Of a stretch of DNA of 64,000 nucleotides, positions 51,297-64,000 are shown in pieces (within the stretch, counting starts at the first letter, position 1; every line of letters begins with the position of its first letter). The notes beneath the pieces were generated by a model, which ran no database searches, was not told the DNA's origin, and was given only the letters and a program-made list of their open reading frames with translations. The translations under genes were made by a program, and so were the position numbers. The stretch comes from Utricularia gibba. Its lineage: Eukaryota > Plantae > Magnoliophyta. The stretch lies in the NCBI GenBank assembly GCA_002189035.1, contig NEEC01000023.1:620001-684000 (forward strand). The letters run 5' to 3'.

Positions 51297-53250
51297 ATGG
51301 ATACCAGAACAGCTTTCTCCGATTCCAATGACGTAAGCGGCGGAAGTACCACAAGCGCCTGCTGCGATATCCGACTCGAGGTAACCATTCCTCCGCCACC
51401 GCCTATCGCGCCGACGATCGTGGCGATCGATCGTCTCTCCGAGAATCTTAGATCGATATTCTTCGACAATCCGCAGCCGGCAGAGTTTGATTTCTTCGCC
51501 GACGCGCGGTTGGTTGTGGAATCCGGCAGGGAGGTGCCGGTGCATCGTTGTATACTTTCGGCGAGAAGCGCCTTCTTCAAGAACTTGTTTACCAGTAAAG
51601 AGAGGAACGCGAAAGTGGATCTCAAGGAGATAATGAACAATCGGCAAGTAGGATACGATTCTTTGATGACGGTTCTTGGTTTCATCTACAGCGGCAAAAT
51701 TCGGGCTCCGCCGATGAATGTTTGTATTTGTATGGATGATCAGTGCTCCCATTTGGCTTGTAGGCCTGCGATTTCCTTCATGGTCGAGGTGTTGTACGCC
51801 TCCTCCGTGTTTCAGATCAATGAATTGGTTTATGAGTTTCAGGTATGTCCCCTGCGTTTTCTGTTTCCCAGTAACTTCACCCTTACCGCAACTCATGTTT
51901 TTTGCAGAGGAATCTGTTGAATGTTCTTGACAAAGCTATACCAGATGACTTGTTAATGGTTCTATCAGTTGCAAACATCTGCAGCACTGAATGTGGATCC
52001 TTGCTCGATAGGACAATTGACATCGTTTCTAGATCTGATCTTGACATCATTACACTCGATAAAGCATTGCCTCAGCTCCTTGTAGAACAGATTAGGAAGA
52101 TGAGGACAAATCTTGGTATCGCATTTCCGGAAACCAACCATTTTCCTGATAAACATGTTAAGTGGATTCACAGAGCTTTGGACTCTGATGATGTTGAGTT
52201 AGTGAGGTTGCTGCTTAAAGAGGAGCATACTGATCTAGACGATGCACATGCACTACACTATGCTGTGTCTTACTGTGACTCGAAAACGACAACAGAGCTT
52301 CTTGATCTTGCCATTGCGGATGTTAATCACAGGAATCCCAGGGGGCATTCTGTTCTTCATGTTGCCGCAATGAGGAAAGACCCAAAAATCATAGTATCAT
52401 TGCTGATCAAAGGAGCTAGACCATCTGATCTCACTTCGGATGGAAGGAAAGCTGTTCAGATTGCTAGGAGACTTACAAGACCAATTGATTATTACAAGAA
52501 CTCCAATAATGGAAAAGCCACTCCAAAGGATAGGCTGTGCATTGAAATTCTGGAACAAGCCGAGAGAAGAGAGCCCTTATTGGGTCAAGCTTCAGTCTCT
52601 CTTGCTATGGCTTGTGATGATTTAAGAACAAAGCTTCTTTATCTTGAAAATAGAGGTAGTATTTATACTAAGTTTAGCTTTGGTCCCATGTTATAACTTA
52701 ATTGATATCATGAACTGAACTTACAGTTGCATTAGCGAAGCTTCTCTTCCCCATGGAAGCAAAAGTTGCCATGGATATTGCTCAGGTTGATGAAACCTCA
52801 GAGTTCAAGTTGATCGACAGGAATTTCGTTAGTTCGAAGGGAACATCACTTGATTTAAACCAGGCGCCATTCAGGATTCAAGAGGAACATCTGAATAGGC
52901 TGAAAGCGCTCTCAAGAGTTGGTATAAACAATACTGATTCTCACAACACATAAAGGTTCATCACACTACATTTTACTAACCTACATAACTGCTCTGTATC
53001 TGCAGTAGACCTGGGAAAGCAGTTCTTCCCTCGATGTTCAGTTGTATTGAATAAGATCATGGACCGGGAAGACTATCCCGTGATTGCAGAAACCGATGAA
53101 TGCCCTTTGAAGCGGAAGCGGCGAATGGAAATTCAGGAAGATTTCAGCAAGGCTTTTACAGAAGATAAGAAAGAATTCGATCGTATACTCAACTTACCAT
53201 CCTCTTCCTCCTCTTCATCTGCTGGGAAGATGAAGGAAAGAATGTGGTAA
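51297..53250 (+). CDS. NPR1: NPR1 (BTB/POZ-ankyrin salicylic acid receptor/coactivator), 4 exons
   Basis: MDTRTAFSDSNDVS (DSxxxS degron), VPVHRCILSARS, C-x4-C-x-H-x2-C, ankyrin ALHYAVSYC, LLYLENR|V, LGKQFFPRCS, basic NLS LKRKRR; standard 4-exon structure. Confidence 0.95.
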
Positions 53251-53522
53251 GCACCCATTCTGTTAGTCAATTACTCAGCAGGGAGCTGCTGGTGAGTTAG
53301 TTAAGGAAATCCTACTCATCTTTTGAATTTGCGTTATAGATGGAAGCATTCCCACTTTCTCATAATTTTGAAGAATATTAATTGAATTTAAAATTTCAAT
53401 GAAATTTCATGTAATTTTCATTGTGCCCGGTAGTAAACTCATTGCAGTGGACTAGTAACTAAAATGCAGAGTTCGAAGAGTTCAGAACTTAAGTGGCCAA
53501 AAGGTTCATTGAGCGCAGTCAG

Positions 53523-54946
53523 TTACCTGTTCCCATCCTGTGGGTGCTTCAAGCTCTGAAGGTTTAGCAGCAGCTCACCAGAGTCCAAGTAAACCTTGTT
53601 ACTTGAACTCATCACAAGGTGAGAAATGTCTCTTGATGCTTCAATCCGCCTCAGCGTGATAAACGCGGGGTTGTTTGCGATGGCCTGACCGATCAGCTGT
53701 GCGCTCTTAGCCTCACCCTGTGTGCAAAGCATGGAATGCATAAGGTGCATGATAGCTCAATTTTTCGACCTTTAACGGGAGGAACAAGCACGAAAACAGT
53801 GTGTAATGTCTCAGGTGGTATTTACCTGGGCTCTGATTATAGCACTTTTTTTGTCTTGTTCAGCCTTTTCAACGACAAATTTTGCCCTTTCAGCCTCTTG
53901 TGCAGCAACCTGTTTAGCCTCGATTGCAGCGGTGAACTCCCTCCCGAACGTCAGGCTTGTGATGGAAACATCATCCAGTGCAATGTTGAAGTTCATGGCT
54001 CTCTCAGTCAGTATTCTCCGTATTTCCCTGCTAACATTCTGCACATAACAAACAGAAGCCGAGGTTAAGTTGTAAAACCTACCCGAAAACAATCAATTTA
54101 AACTCAGGTTCCTATGCATTCCTCATCCACGCGATGCAAGTTCTTGAACTTTCTAGGGGAAATGTTCCATGTGTTACCTCTCTCTGGGTGATAAGTTGGC
54201 TGGCATTGTACTGTGCCACCACAGCCTTCAGGGTCTCATGAATGATAGACGGCAGAACCCTTTCGTTGTAGTTTTCGCCAAGAGTTCTGTAAATAGTTGG
54301 TAACTGATCTGGCACGGGGCGTGTAAGCACCCGAAGAGCAATTTTCACCTGCAGGAGTATGCACTTGTAAATTCATATCGGAATTGAAATGTACTCCTGG
54401 GGAACTATATAATGCTACACCTTCAAGGTACCACAAATAATGACAATCACAAAAGTTATTTGTAGCAATTTTCAAGCCCATCATTAACTTGTGGTTGGGT
54501 GTTCAAATAGAGGGGTTTACCATCTGTAGATCACGACTTCCCGAAGTGCTCTCCACAAGATGAGGACGTGCCCGAACATCATAAATCACAGGTCTCTCGA
54601 ACCATGGAATCATAAAATGTGTTCCTTCAGGATACACCTGAGTCATGTTCAATGGCATTGCTACAATAAGCATGCATATACACAGAAAGAAAATGGGAAA
54701 AGGTGGCCACCAAATAGGACAGCAGAGGGAAGAAGATGATTTAGTCCACTTTTATGAAAAGAAGCAACACAAAACCTTATTTTTTATGCCTCCAATGCGG
54801 TTGAACACAATGGCCCTGTGACCACCCTCAACATTGTAGAGACTGTTGCCCAGCCCATAAATACCAAGCCCAGCAACAACTCCCACCTTAATCAGGGCAG
54901 AAATGGCTCCACCAACTGGTAACTTGGGAATATTGCCAGGGTTCAT
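53523..54946 (-). CDS. PHB: Prohibitin, type II (PHB1/2/6-like), 5 coding exons
   Basis: [91 protein letters not shown]. Confidence 0.96.
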
Positions 54947-55463
54947 TTGCAGCTTCAATAGCTCTGGTCATGAATACATTACAGCCATATCAGATAAAGA
55001 AACTCATCTCAAACTCCCAAACAGCAGCAAGTTACTCAATGTCAAAATTGCAGCAACGAAAAGTTATCATACTAACACTCGGCCACCTTTTCCCAGCAAT
55101 ATGAATATGGAAACCTGACAAACGACAGCCAGTGTTTATAATTTCTACAACAAAATTGCCCCACAACTTCTCTCCGACGCCCAGATTCTCTCGCTTACAA
55201 ATCATCAAACTCAATTAGGTTAATGTATGAATCCCAAATAACAAATTGACCTTAGAATCAAAGCCCAAACATGGCACAAGAAAAACGAAATCGATCCTCA
55301 AATAGTAAAATCCGAAACCTTGCTAATGGGAGATGAAAATGCATTGCTATCCACATACCTTTGAAACACCAAATTCAGGTTTGGCAAGGAGAGGATCAAC
55401 GGATGTTGAAGATGAATTACCAACCCTGCTACCGGGTTTCAATTTTCGGTTCTGGCTTGCGAA

Positions 55464-55536
55464 AGGGTTTAGGGTTTACGCTTTCCCTCGGCTGGTTTTA
55501 GCTTTGGGCCCATAATTGAAGCGGACTCATTGGCCC
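55464..55536. promoter_or_regulatory. Compact bidirectional promoter: telo-box pair plus site II
   Basis: AGGGTTTAGGGTTT 55464-55477 (AAACCCTAAACCCT on minus), palindromic TGGGCCCA 55505-55512, between divergent PHB and SDR. Confidence 0.6.
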
Positions 55537-55599
55537 GCTAAATAAATGCTGTCGTTACTGAATATGTACCACATTTTGGGTAGAGATACCTTTTATCCA

Positions 55600-56364
55600 A
55601 TGGCGATGCTGCTACAAGACAGAGTGGCCATAGTCACCGGTGCGTCGCGGGGAATCGGCCGCGGCATTGCCCTTCATTTGGCCACCCTTGGAGCAAGGGT
55701 AGTCGTCAATTACACCTCCAACGCTGCTGAGGCTGATCTTGTGGTCGCCCAAATCAATGCCGGAGAAGAATCACGCGCCATCGCCGTCCGGGCAGATATC
55801 TCCGATGAGGCCCAGGTGAAAGCACTCTTCGATGTGGCGGAGTCATTCTTCGGTTCCCCCGTGAACATTTTAGTAAACTCCGCTGGTGTAGTCGACGCCA
55901 AATACCCTTCCCTGGCCCACACAAGTATCGAAGATTTCGACTCAGTCTTCGGAATCAATACCCGCGGCGCGTTCCTGTGCTGCCGGGAGGCGTCGAACAG
56001 GATCAAGAAAGGCGGGGGAGGGAGAATTATATGCGTGACATCATCCTCGGTGGCGTCGCTGAAACTAAATATGGCGGCGTACGCGGCGTCGAAGGCGGCG
56101 GTAGAGACGATGGTCAAAATTTTGGCCAAGGAGCTGAAGGGGACGGGGATAACTGCGAATTGCGTCGCTCCGGGGCCTATCGCGACTGATATGTTCTACG
56201 CCGGCGAGGGAAGGCAGGAGGCAGAGAAGGCGGCGGTGGCGGCGAGTCCCCTGGGAAGGATGGGGACGGTGGACGACGTCGCGCCGCTAGTTGGCTTCTT
56301 GGCCGGCGATTCTGCTGAATGGGTCAACGGGCAGATTATACGTGTCAATGGTGGATACGTCTAA
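55600..56364 (+). CDS. Short-chain dehydrogenase/reductase (NADPH-dependent aldehyde reductase-like), single exon
   Basis: VAIVTGASRGIG (TGxxxGxG), LVNSAG, YAASK (YxxxK), NCVAPGP, WVNGQIIRVNGG. Confidence 0.95.
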   Translation: MAMLLQDRVAIVTGASRGIGRGIALHLATLGARVVVNYTSNAAEADLVVAQINAGEESRAIAVRADISDEAQVKALFDVAESFFGSPVNILVNSAGVVDAKYPSLAHTSIEDFDSVFGINTRGAFLCCREASNRIKKGGGGRIICVTSSSVASLKLNMAAYAASKAAVETMVKILAKELKGTGITANCVAPGPIATDMFYAGEGRQEAEKAAVAASPLGRMGTVDDVAPLVGFLAGDSAEWVNGQIIRVNGGYV

Positions 56365-57418
56365 ACTGGGGTCCGTTTGCAACTTTTTCTACCCACGTCT
56401 CTTATTTATGTCACATTTGAATAATATTATAATAATGCGACATCCGTTTGTCTAAGTGCATTAAATTAATTAATTTTCATATTATATTATTGATCCACAT
56501 TATTTCAATCAAATGATTATTACCATTTGGATAAAATTAATAATTTGATACAAATATCATCAAATGTTTTTTAAAATTAGAATTCAATAAAATTATAATG
56601 AGTAGGGCCCATTTCGTTATATGTATAATTTTTTTAATATTAGATTTGTCGGTTTCACTAAAAAAAACTTATTTTTTTAAAATAATTTAAAAATGTGTAA
56701 ATTAGATGGACGAAGGGGGAGCAGAGGATGAAGTGAATATCAAGTCCACGCGCCGGCGAGCAATCTAGGGAATTGTTGGAAGCCATTATTCTCGCCCGGG
56801 GATGTCTGAAACCTGATTCTCTCTTTGTTTCCCTATATACATTCCCCTTTTCTCTCTTTGGGTTTTCAAAAATCCAAACTTTTCTCCCCACCGGCTTCTC
56901 TCTCTCTCGCTTTTTTTTTTTCCATTTTTGAATTTTTGTTTGGATGGATTGTGCTGAGCGCCTCTCTCTCAGGTTGTTGACGGTGTTTTCATGTGTCGGA
57001 ATTTGTTGTTATATGCCTCTTCGCGGTGGACAATTTTGAATGTGCGATGTGGTTTTTTAAATTGTCACCTGACCTACTTGCATTGAAGGGATTGTTGGAG
57101 AATTTTGTTGTCTGTTCATTGTTTATGAATTTTCTTGTCTAGGGATTATGTTGAATTGTTTAATGTGCTCATTTGGTCATTTATGCTGTGCGCTGTTTTC
57201 CGACGTGTCTAAGGCTTTCAAGAAAATCACATTTTGTTTCTAAGTTTGACGAAGAATGTGGTTGTGGGTTGTGGGTCTGCATAGTTTCTGGCGATATGCT
57301 ACTTATGCTTTGTGGGATTTTGTTACATTTAACTCTCTAATCCCTGTAGTTCTTTCATTTGCGTCAGGTTTTGATTTGCAATTATCTTGAAGACAAGTTT
57401 TTGGAGAGTTTTTGGCAA

Positions 57419-59762
<2,344 letters not shown>

Positions 59763-62700
59763 TGAGAATCCAGTACCTATCTCAGCTCAGAAGCTGAAAT
59801 GCAGAGGTTTTGTCTGGAGATTGACTGAGTTGATCCCAAAAAGGCATCCTCTGAAAGACGTTCTGGGATCTTCTTCACTCTACTACTACTAAGCTCCTTT
59901 TCGTTTTGGTTTCAACTCTCAACTCAGGTGTTGTCTTTCGCTATCGTTAGAATGCTTAAAACCTTGGTCTCGGGCTCCTCTCCGTTTCAGCCTTAAACGT
60001 TGGTCTCCGGCTGCCTGAAGCCCACTCACTGAATGAGCTACATAAGGTTAAGGTGATCTGAAGCCCACCTCCTGCGAGAGCTCTAGGTCGTTTCTGAAGC
60101 CTGGTTTTTTTTTTTTTTTTTTTGTTTGGCTTGGGGTAGCAACTAAAACACACTGGGTCTTGAAAAACACCGCAATATGCACATGCGGCTCCAGTGAAGA
60201 ATGCATATATCTTCTTGAGGGGCATGAAAACAAGCAAGTATACTAGTGGAGTGGACCAGATGTATCCAGGTAAAGAGAAAACCTGTTGATTTGATCTGTT
60301 TGATTCCTGATCCGATGAGCAACAAAACAAAAAGATTACTATCATGTAATAATGCTACCAGTTTTGTTTCTTGTGTTTTTTTCACCTGAAAAGTGGTAAT
60401 CAATCACAAGTTTGAAGTCAGGATTCATGTATTCTTACATCCATGGGAAGAGAGGGGACCAGCTCGCAGACAAAGGAGTAACATTTACTGCTTCCCTCCC
60501 TGTCGTCTTCTGCTCGACCACTTGGGGTTCGAAAGAAGACATGAAATTTAAAATACTTTGTAATAAAAAAAAATGATGATGATGATCAACTGTCTACTCA
60601 TGGAAGGAGACAAAAGCTTGCAATTGACATGGAGATCCTTCTCATATCTTACGAAAACGATGTTTCACCAGCAAGATTTCTTCGCCTCCAACCAAAAGTT
60701 TCAGCCTTTTTTCCCTGCAATCCTTTTTCGTCTTCTTCATCTTATACTCCTTTTGGAACTTGGTAGTCAGTGTTGGAACACAGTAGAGCGATTTTTCGGT
60801 TTTTCGTTTAACCAAAAGGATCTAGGCTTTGCCTCTTCTCTTCACCGAACAAAATAAAACAAGCAATAACTGCGTAGATGTTGTGGAATTTCCCAGTAAG
60901 ACGACAGACAAATTTCAAACTGGGGCACTCCCACTACAAGAAATAACTGCGTACATGCTCGCTCTCTTCTCTGATCGAAAAAAAATATCCCATAACATGA
61001 GCCTGGTTATGTGCTATCGGGCCATTTTATGCGCCCTGATTACGCATCAGTTTGGTACTTCCAAACGCGAACACGGGGTGGGGGTGTTCTTGTCAATCCG
61101 ATGGGCTCAACACAACCCAAACTCACTTGAAAATCACACTTGCGCTAGGCGTTTCTGAATCCATAGTGAAAGTGTGGGGTCGAAGGGGTGGTTTGATCGA
61201 CGAAGCCAGGAACCGTTTGGGGTCCTAGAAAACAATACCAAAATTTTGCATCATTTTATTATAATCCTATGTTCGCGAAATCACTATTTTATGATATCGT
61301 TGAAGTCTAACATAAACTAATCTTTCAAGCACTAGAGGATCGAATTTTCATGGATCAACCCGATCAAAATGAACTTTGAAAACCTGTTTGTTAGTCAGCG
61401 TCCATGGTCTCAAGTCAGGAGCCATTGTGATTTGATAACAGGGCTGCCACTGCCAGGAGTGATGATGGGTGGAATGGATTGAAGATGAAGGGAAACCCAG
61501 TTGAGTTGGGGGCTGGGACTGAAAAGTGATTTGAATGAGTTGATGCCCTCATCCTCATCAGGATGGATGCTCCCATCCTGAGTGGCCCCTCTCTGACTGA
61601 ACAAGATCCCACTATTGCTTGACTCAACTATGGAAATCAAGCCTTGCTTCAGCTCTACTGCCTACTGGTCACTCTCCTACTATACCCTTGCGAGTGGGTA
61701 GGAGTTGGGACAAGTTCACATCAATTTTAAATACCATCTCTTGTCCTTCTCCAAAAGCTATTTTCAATAAATACTTCTAATCAAATCAAAATTATTTTTT
61801 TTGTAATTTTTTTGTTTTTTAAATTATAAATATTTGATAATAAGAATACTTTTGGAGGTTCACAAAATTATTTTTGAAATGTATTTTTTTTTTCATAAAA
61901 ACGAATCTTAAATATATATATCCCCTGCGGGATCTCGTGTGATGAGGTGCACCTTGTATTCCGTGGTCCTAAGGGGAATTCTGGTTATTTGAATGCCTTT
62001 TATTGTTTTTTTATTGCTTTATTTTATTTTATTTTCTGTTGCAGGAAAATTATGCTGATGGAGCAGGGACTTTTTTGTGGTCCAAAAAGAGTTGTTTTTG
62101 AGGTACTCAGACATTACCATTTCCTGCTCTTATCCCCATGGACTGCACTCCAAGTCACATTATAATCTTACTTCATTCTTTCTATGAATCCAATCCAATG
62201 GTTCCCAATCACATTGCTTGATTAATGTTTGAAAATCACTTTAATTCTATCATAAATTTAGTAAAATTTAAGAGTTACTTATGTGATTCTGATATATAAA
62301 TTTACAATTTATATCTATATTTATTAAAATATGAGTATAGTTAAACGTGTCATCTACTTTAAACTCATTTTTATACATAAATATTTGAATTCAAATCTTA
62401 TCGAATCATAATTTTGAAGTCATTTAGAATCACTCATGAAGTTATTTTAAGGCGGTTCCTTTCTATTAGGCATAGAATTGGTTTCATCTTCCCAGGCGAA
62501 AATTGTGCCCTAACCCTAAGAGCAGCCCTAATTGCTGCTGATTGATGACGTAAGCAGCACCGGTAACAACTGACAAGTGAAAGGAAAAGAAAAACGCAGG
62601 GGAGTAAAGAGCGAAGGGGGCGCGTCGTGTACCATGCACGCTCGGGGGGACGCAGGAGCGTGTCCAGTCCACCTTGTGTGAAAACGAAACAAGAAGGGGA

Positions 62701-64000
62701 ACAATGTTGTGAGGAAAATGACCCTGCCACCCACTCCTCTTCTCTTACTCATCCATCACCCCTCCATTCCAATAGCGACTCTGTTTACCCCTCTACGAAA
62801 TCACCAACAGGGACTGTGAATGCCATCCTGTTGATCTGATTTTTACATTTTTCACACCCTCTCTCCCTGGGATGATGCTGCTGTTTGTGTCAAGATGATT
62901 ACTGTCATTTTCGATGTGGGATTAGTTTTTGAAGTTTTGATCATGTCAGTTGTTGAAAAAATGTCTCCTGATGATCAGCATTTACATATTCCTCAAGATC
63001 ATCCCAGATTTGTGTGCTTTTGGCTTTACATTCCGTAGGACAGCATTTTATTTTCCTTGTGGAGTGCTGTGTAATCCAATTCCCAGTTTTTCCTTTTCTT
63101 TTGTCATCCAAAAAAATAAAAAAGGAAAAGGCGTGAGTTCGTTTGGTGTTATTTTTTGTTTGCTTCTTGGGAAAAATAATGAATGATGGAATAATTCAGG
63201 TAGAAAATTGAAAGTGGGTTTCATGGTGTTGGTCCCCTACTGCCAGCATCTGATGATCTCGACGTATCAGGCTGTTAATGGCGGAAAAGAAAGAAAATGG
63301 TGATGGCAGTGGTTTCATCAGATCCCCGGGTCTCTCCGCTCGGAACCGAGTGAGTTTGATGATCATGGTGTTGACAGGGACATTGCCCCTGAATCTACCG
63401 CAAAACTACTACAACCCACGAAATATCGGTCAAAGTAGAGAGTACCCATGACTGTCACGCCACACATTTACTCTACTCCTCATCATGAAGCCCACTGTGC
63501 ACAGAATAATGCAGGTTTTTGCGACGGTTAGCCCTTTAGAGCAACTTGGAAGTGTGCTTCAGAGCAAAGCCAAGTGATGTCTGAACTTGCTCTGATATCG
63601 CACAAAAGGAAGGTCTCAACGAGCTCATTCATATGTTTGGAAGGCTTGTAGTACGATTGGTTCATGATGCAAAAAACCGAGTAGGGTAGATGTCCATTAA
63701 AACAACCAGAGTGGAGTGCACATACGTTTCTGCTTTTTTTTTCCGCGAAGGAGAGAATGAATCTTCAACCCCAACTCACAAAAAACCCTAATTTCAGTCT
63801 ATGGCATTTCACGGGTGTTGCATCAGAGTCAGAAAAAAGCCACACGCTATCCTACAGTTTTGTGTTGGAATCCAGTGTGTTAGAAAGCTGTTCCATTGCT
63901 TTTCACATCGTGACGTGTCGCATTAGCGGCAGGAGGTACAGAGAAGAAGCTTACAATTGCTTGGAAATGGAGAGGAAGGGGACAAAGTACAAGATTAGAT

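Noticed and set aside
53040-53110. Absence of the Arabidopsis NPR1 C521/C529 cysteines
   Set aside because: From recall these are not conserved in most non-Brassicaceae NPR1 proteins, so the absence is not novel.
34276-56364. Biosynthetic gene cluster (2OGD, SDR, PLA2, PME)
   Set aside because: Enzymes are far apart, interleaved with housekeeping genes, and there is no scaffold-forming enzyme.
61470-61525. TGGATTGAAG and GGACTGAA resembling miR159/miR319
   Set aside because: Only 8-10 nt cores match; the remainder of the mature sequences is absent.

Overview
Plant (eudicot) nuclear DNA from a very compact genome: about 21 spliced or single-exon protein-coding genes in 64 kb, most coding introns about 70-110 bp, AT-rich spacers, and no recognisable intact transposon, tRNA, rRNA or CRISPR array. 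In order: OVATE-family protein, START/SRPBCC-like protein, PLS-type PPR, AAED1/PRXL2-like thioredoxin-fold protein, NT-C2 domain protein, rhomboid-like RBL15, GH3 beta-glucosidase, cobalamin-independent methionine synthase, two plant-specific unknowns, DUF630/632 protein, ribosomal P3, 2OG-Fe(II) dioxygenase, secretory PLA2, a bPH-like membrane protein, two tandem pectin methylesterases, NPR1, prohibitin, an SDR and a DDX3/Ded1-type DEAD-box helicase. Hand reading found items the ORF track hides: a decayed p23 (HSP90 co-chaperone) pseudogene, a truncated TOM7 relic, two adjacent GC-AG introns, four single-base frameshifts in homopolymer runs (PME copy A and sPLA2; probably assembly errors), and a cluster of TTNGATYTG intron-enhancer motifs in the MetE leader intron. 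I found no convincing novel multi-gene system. All family calls come from recalled motifs, not database searches. CDS coordinates span first to last coding base including introns.
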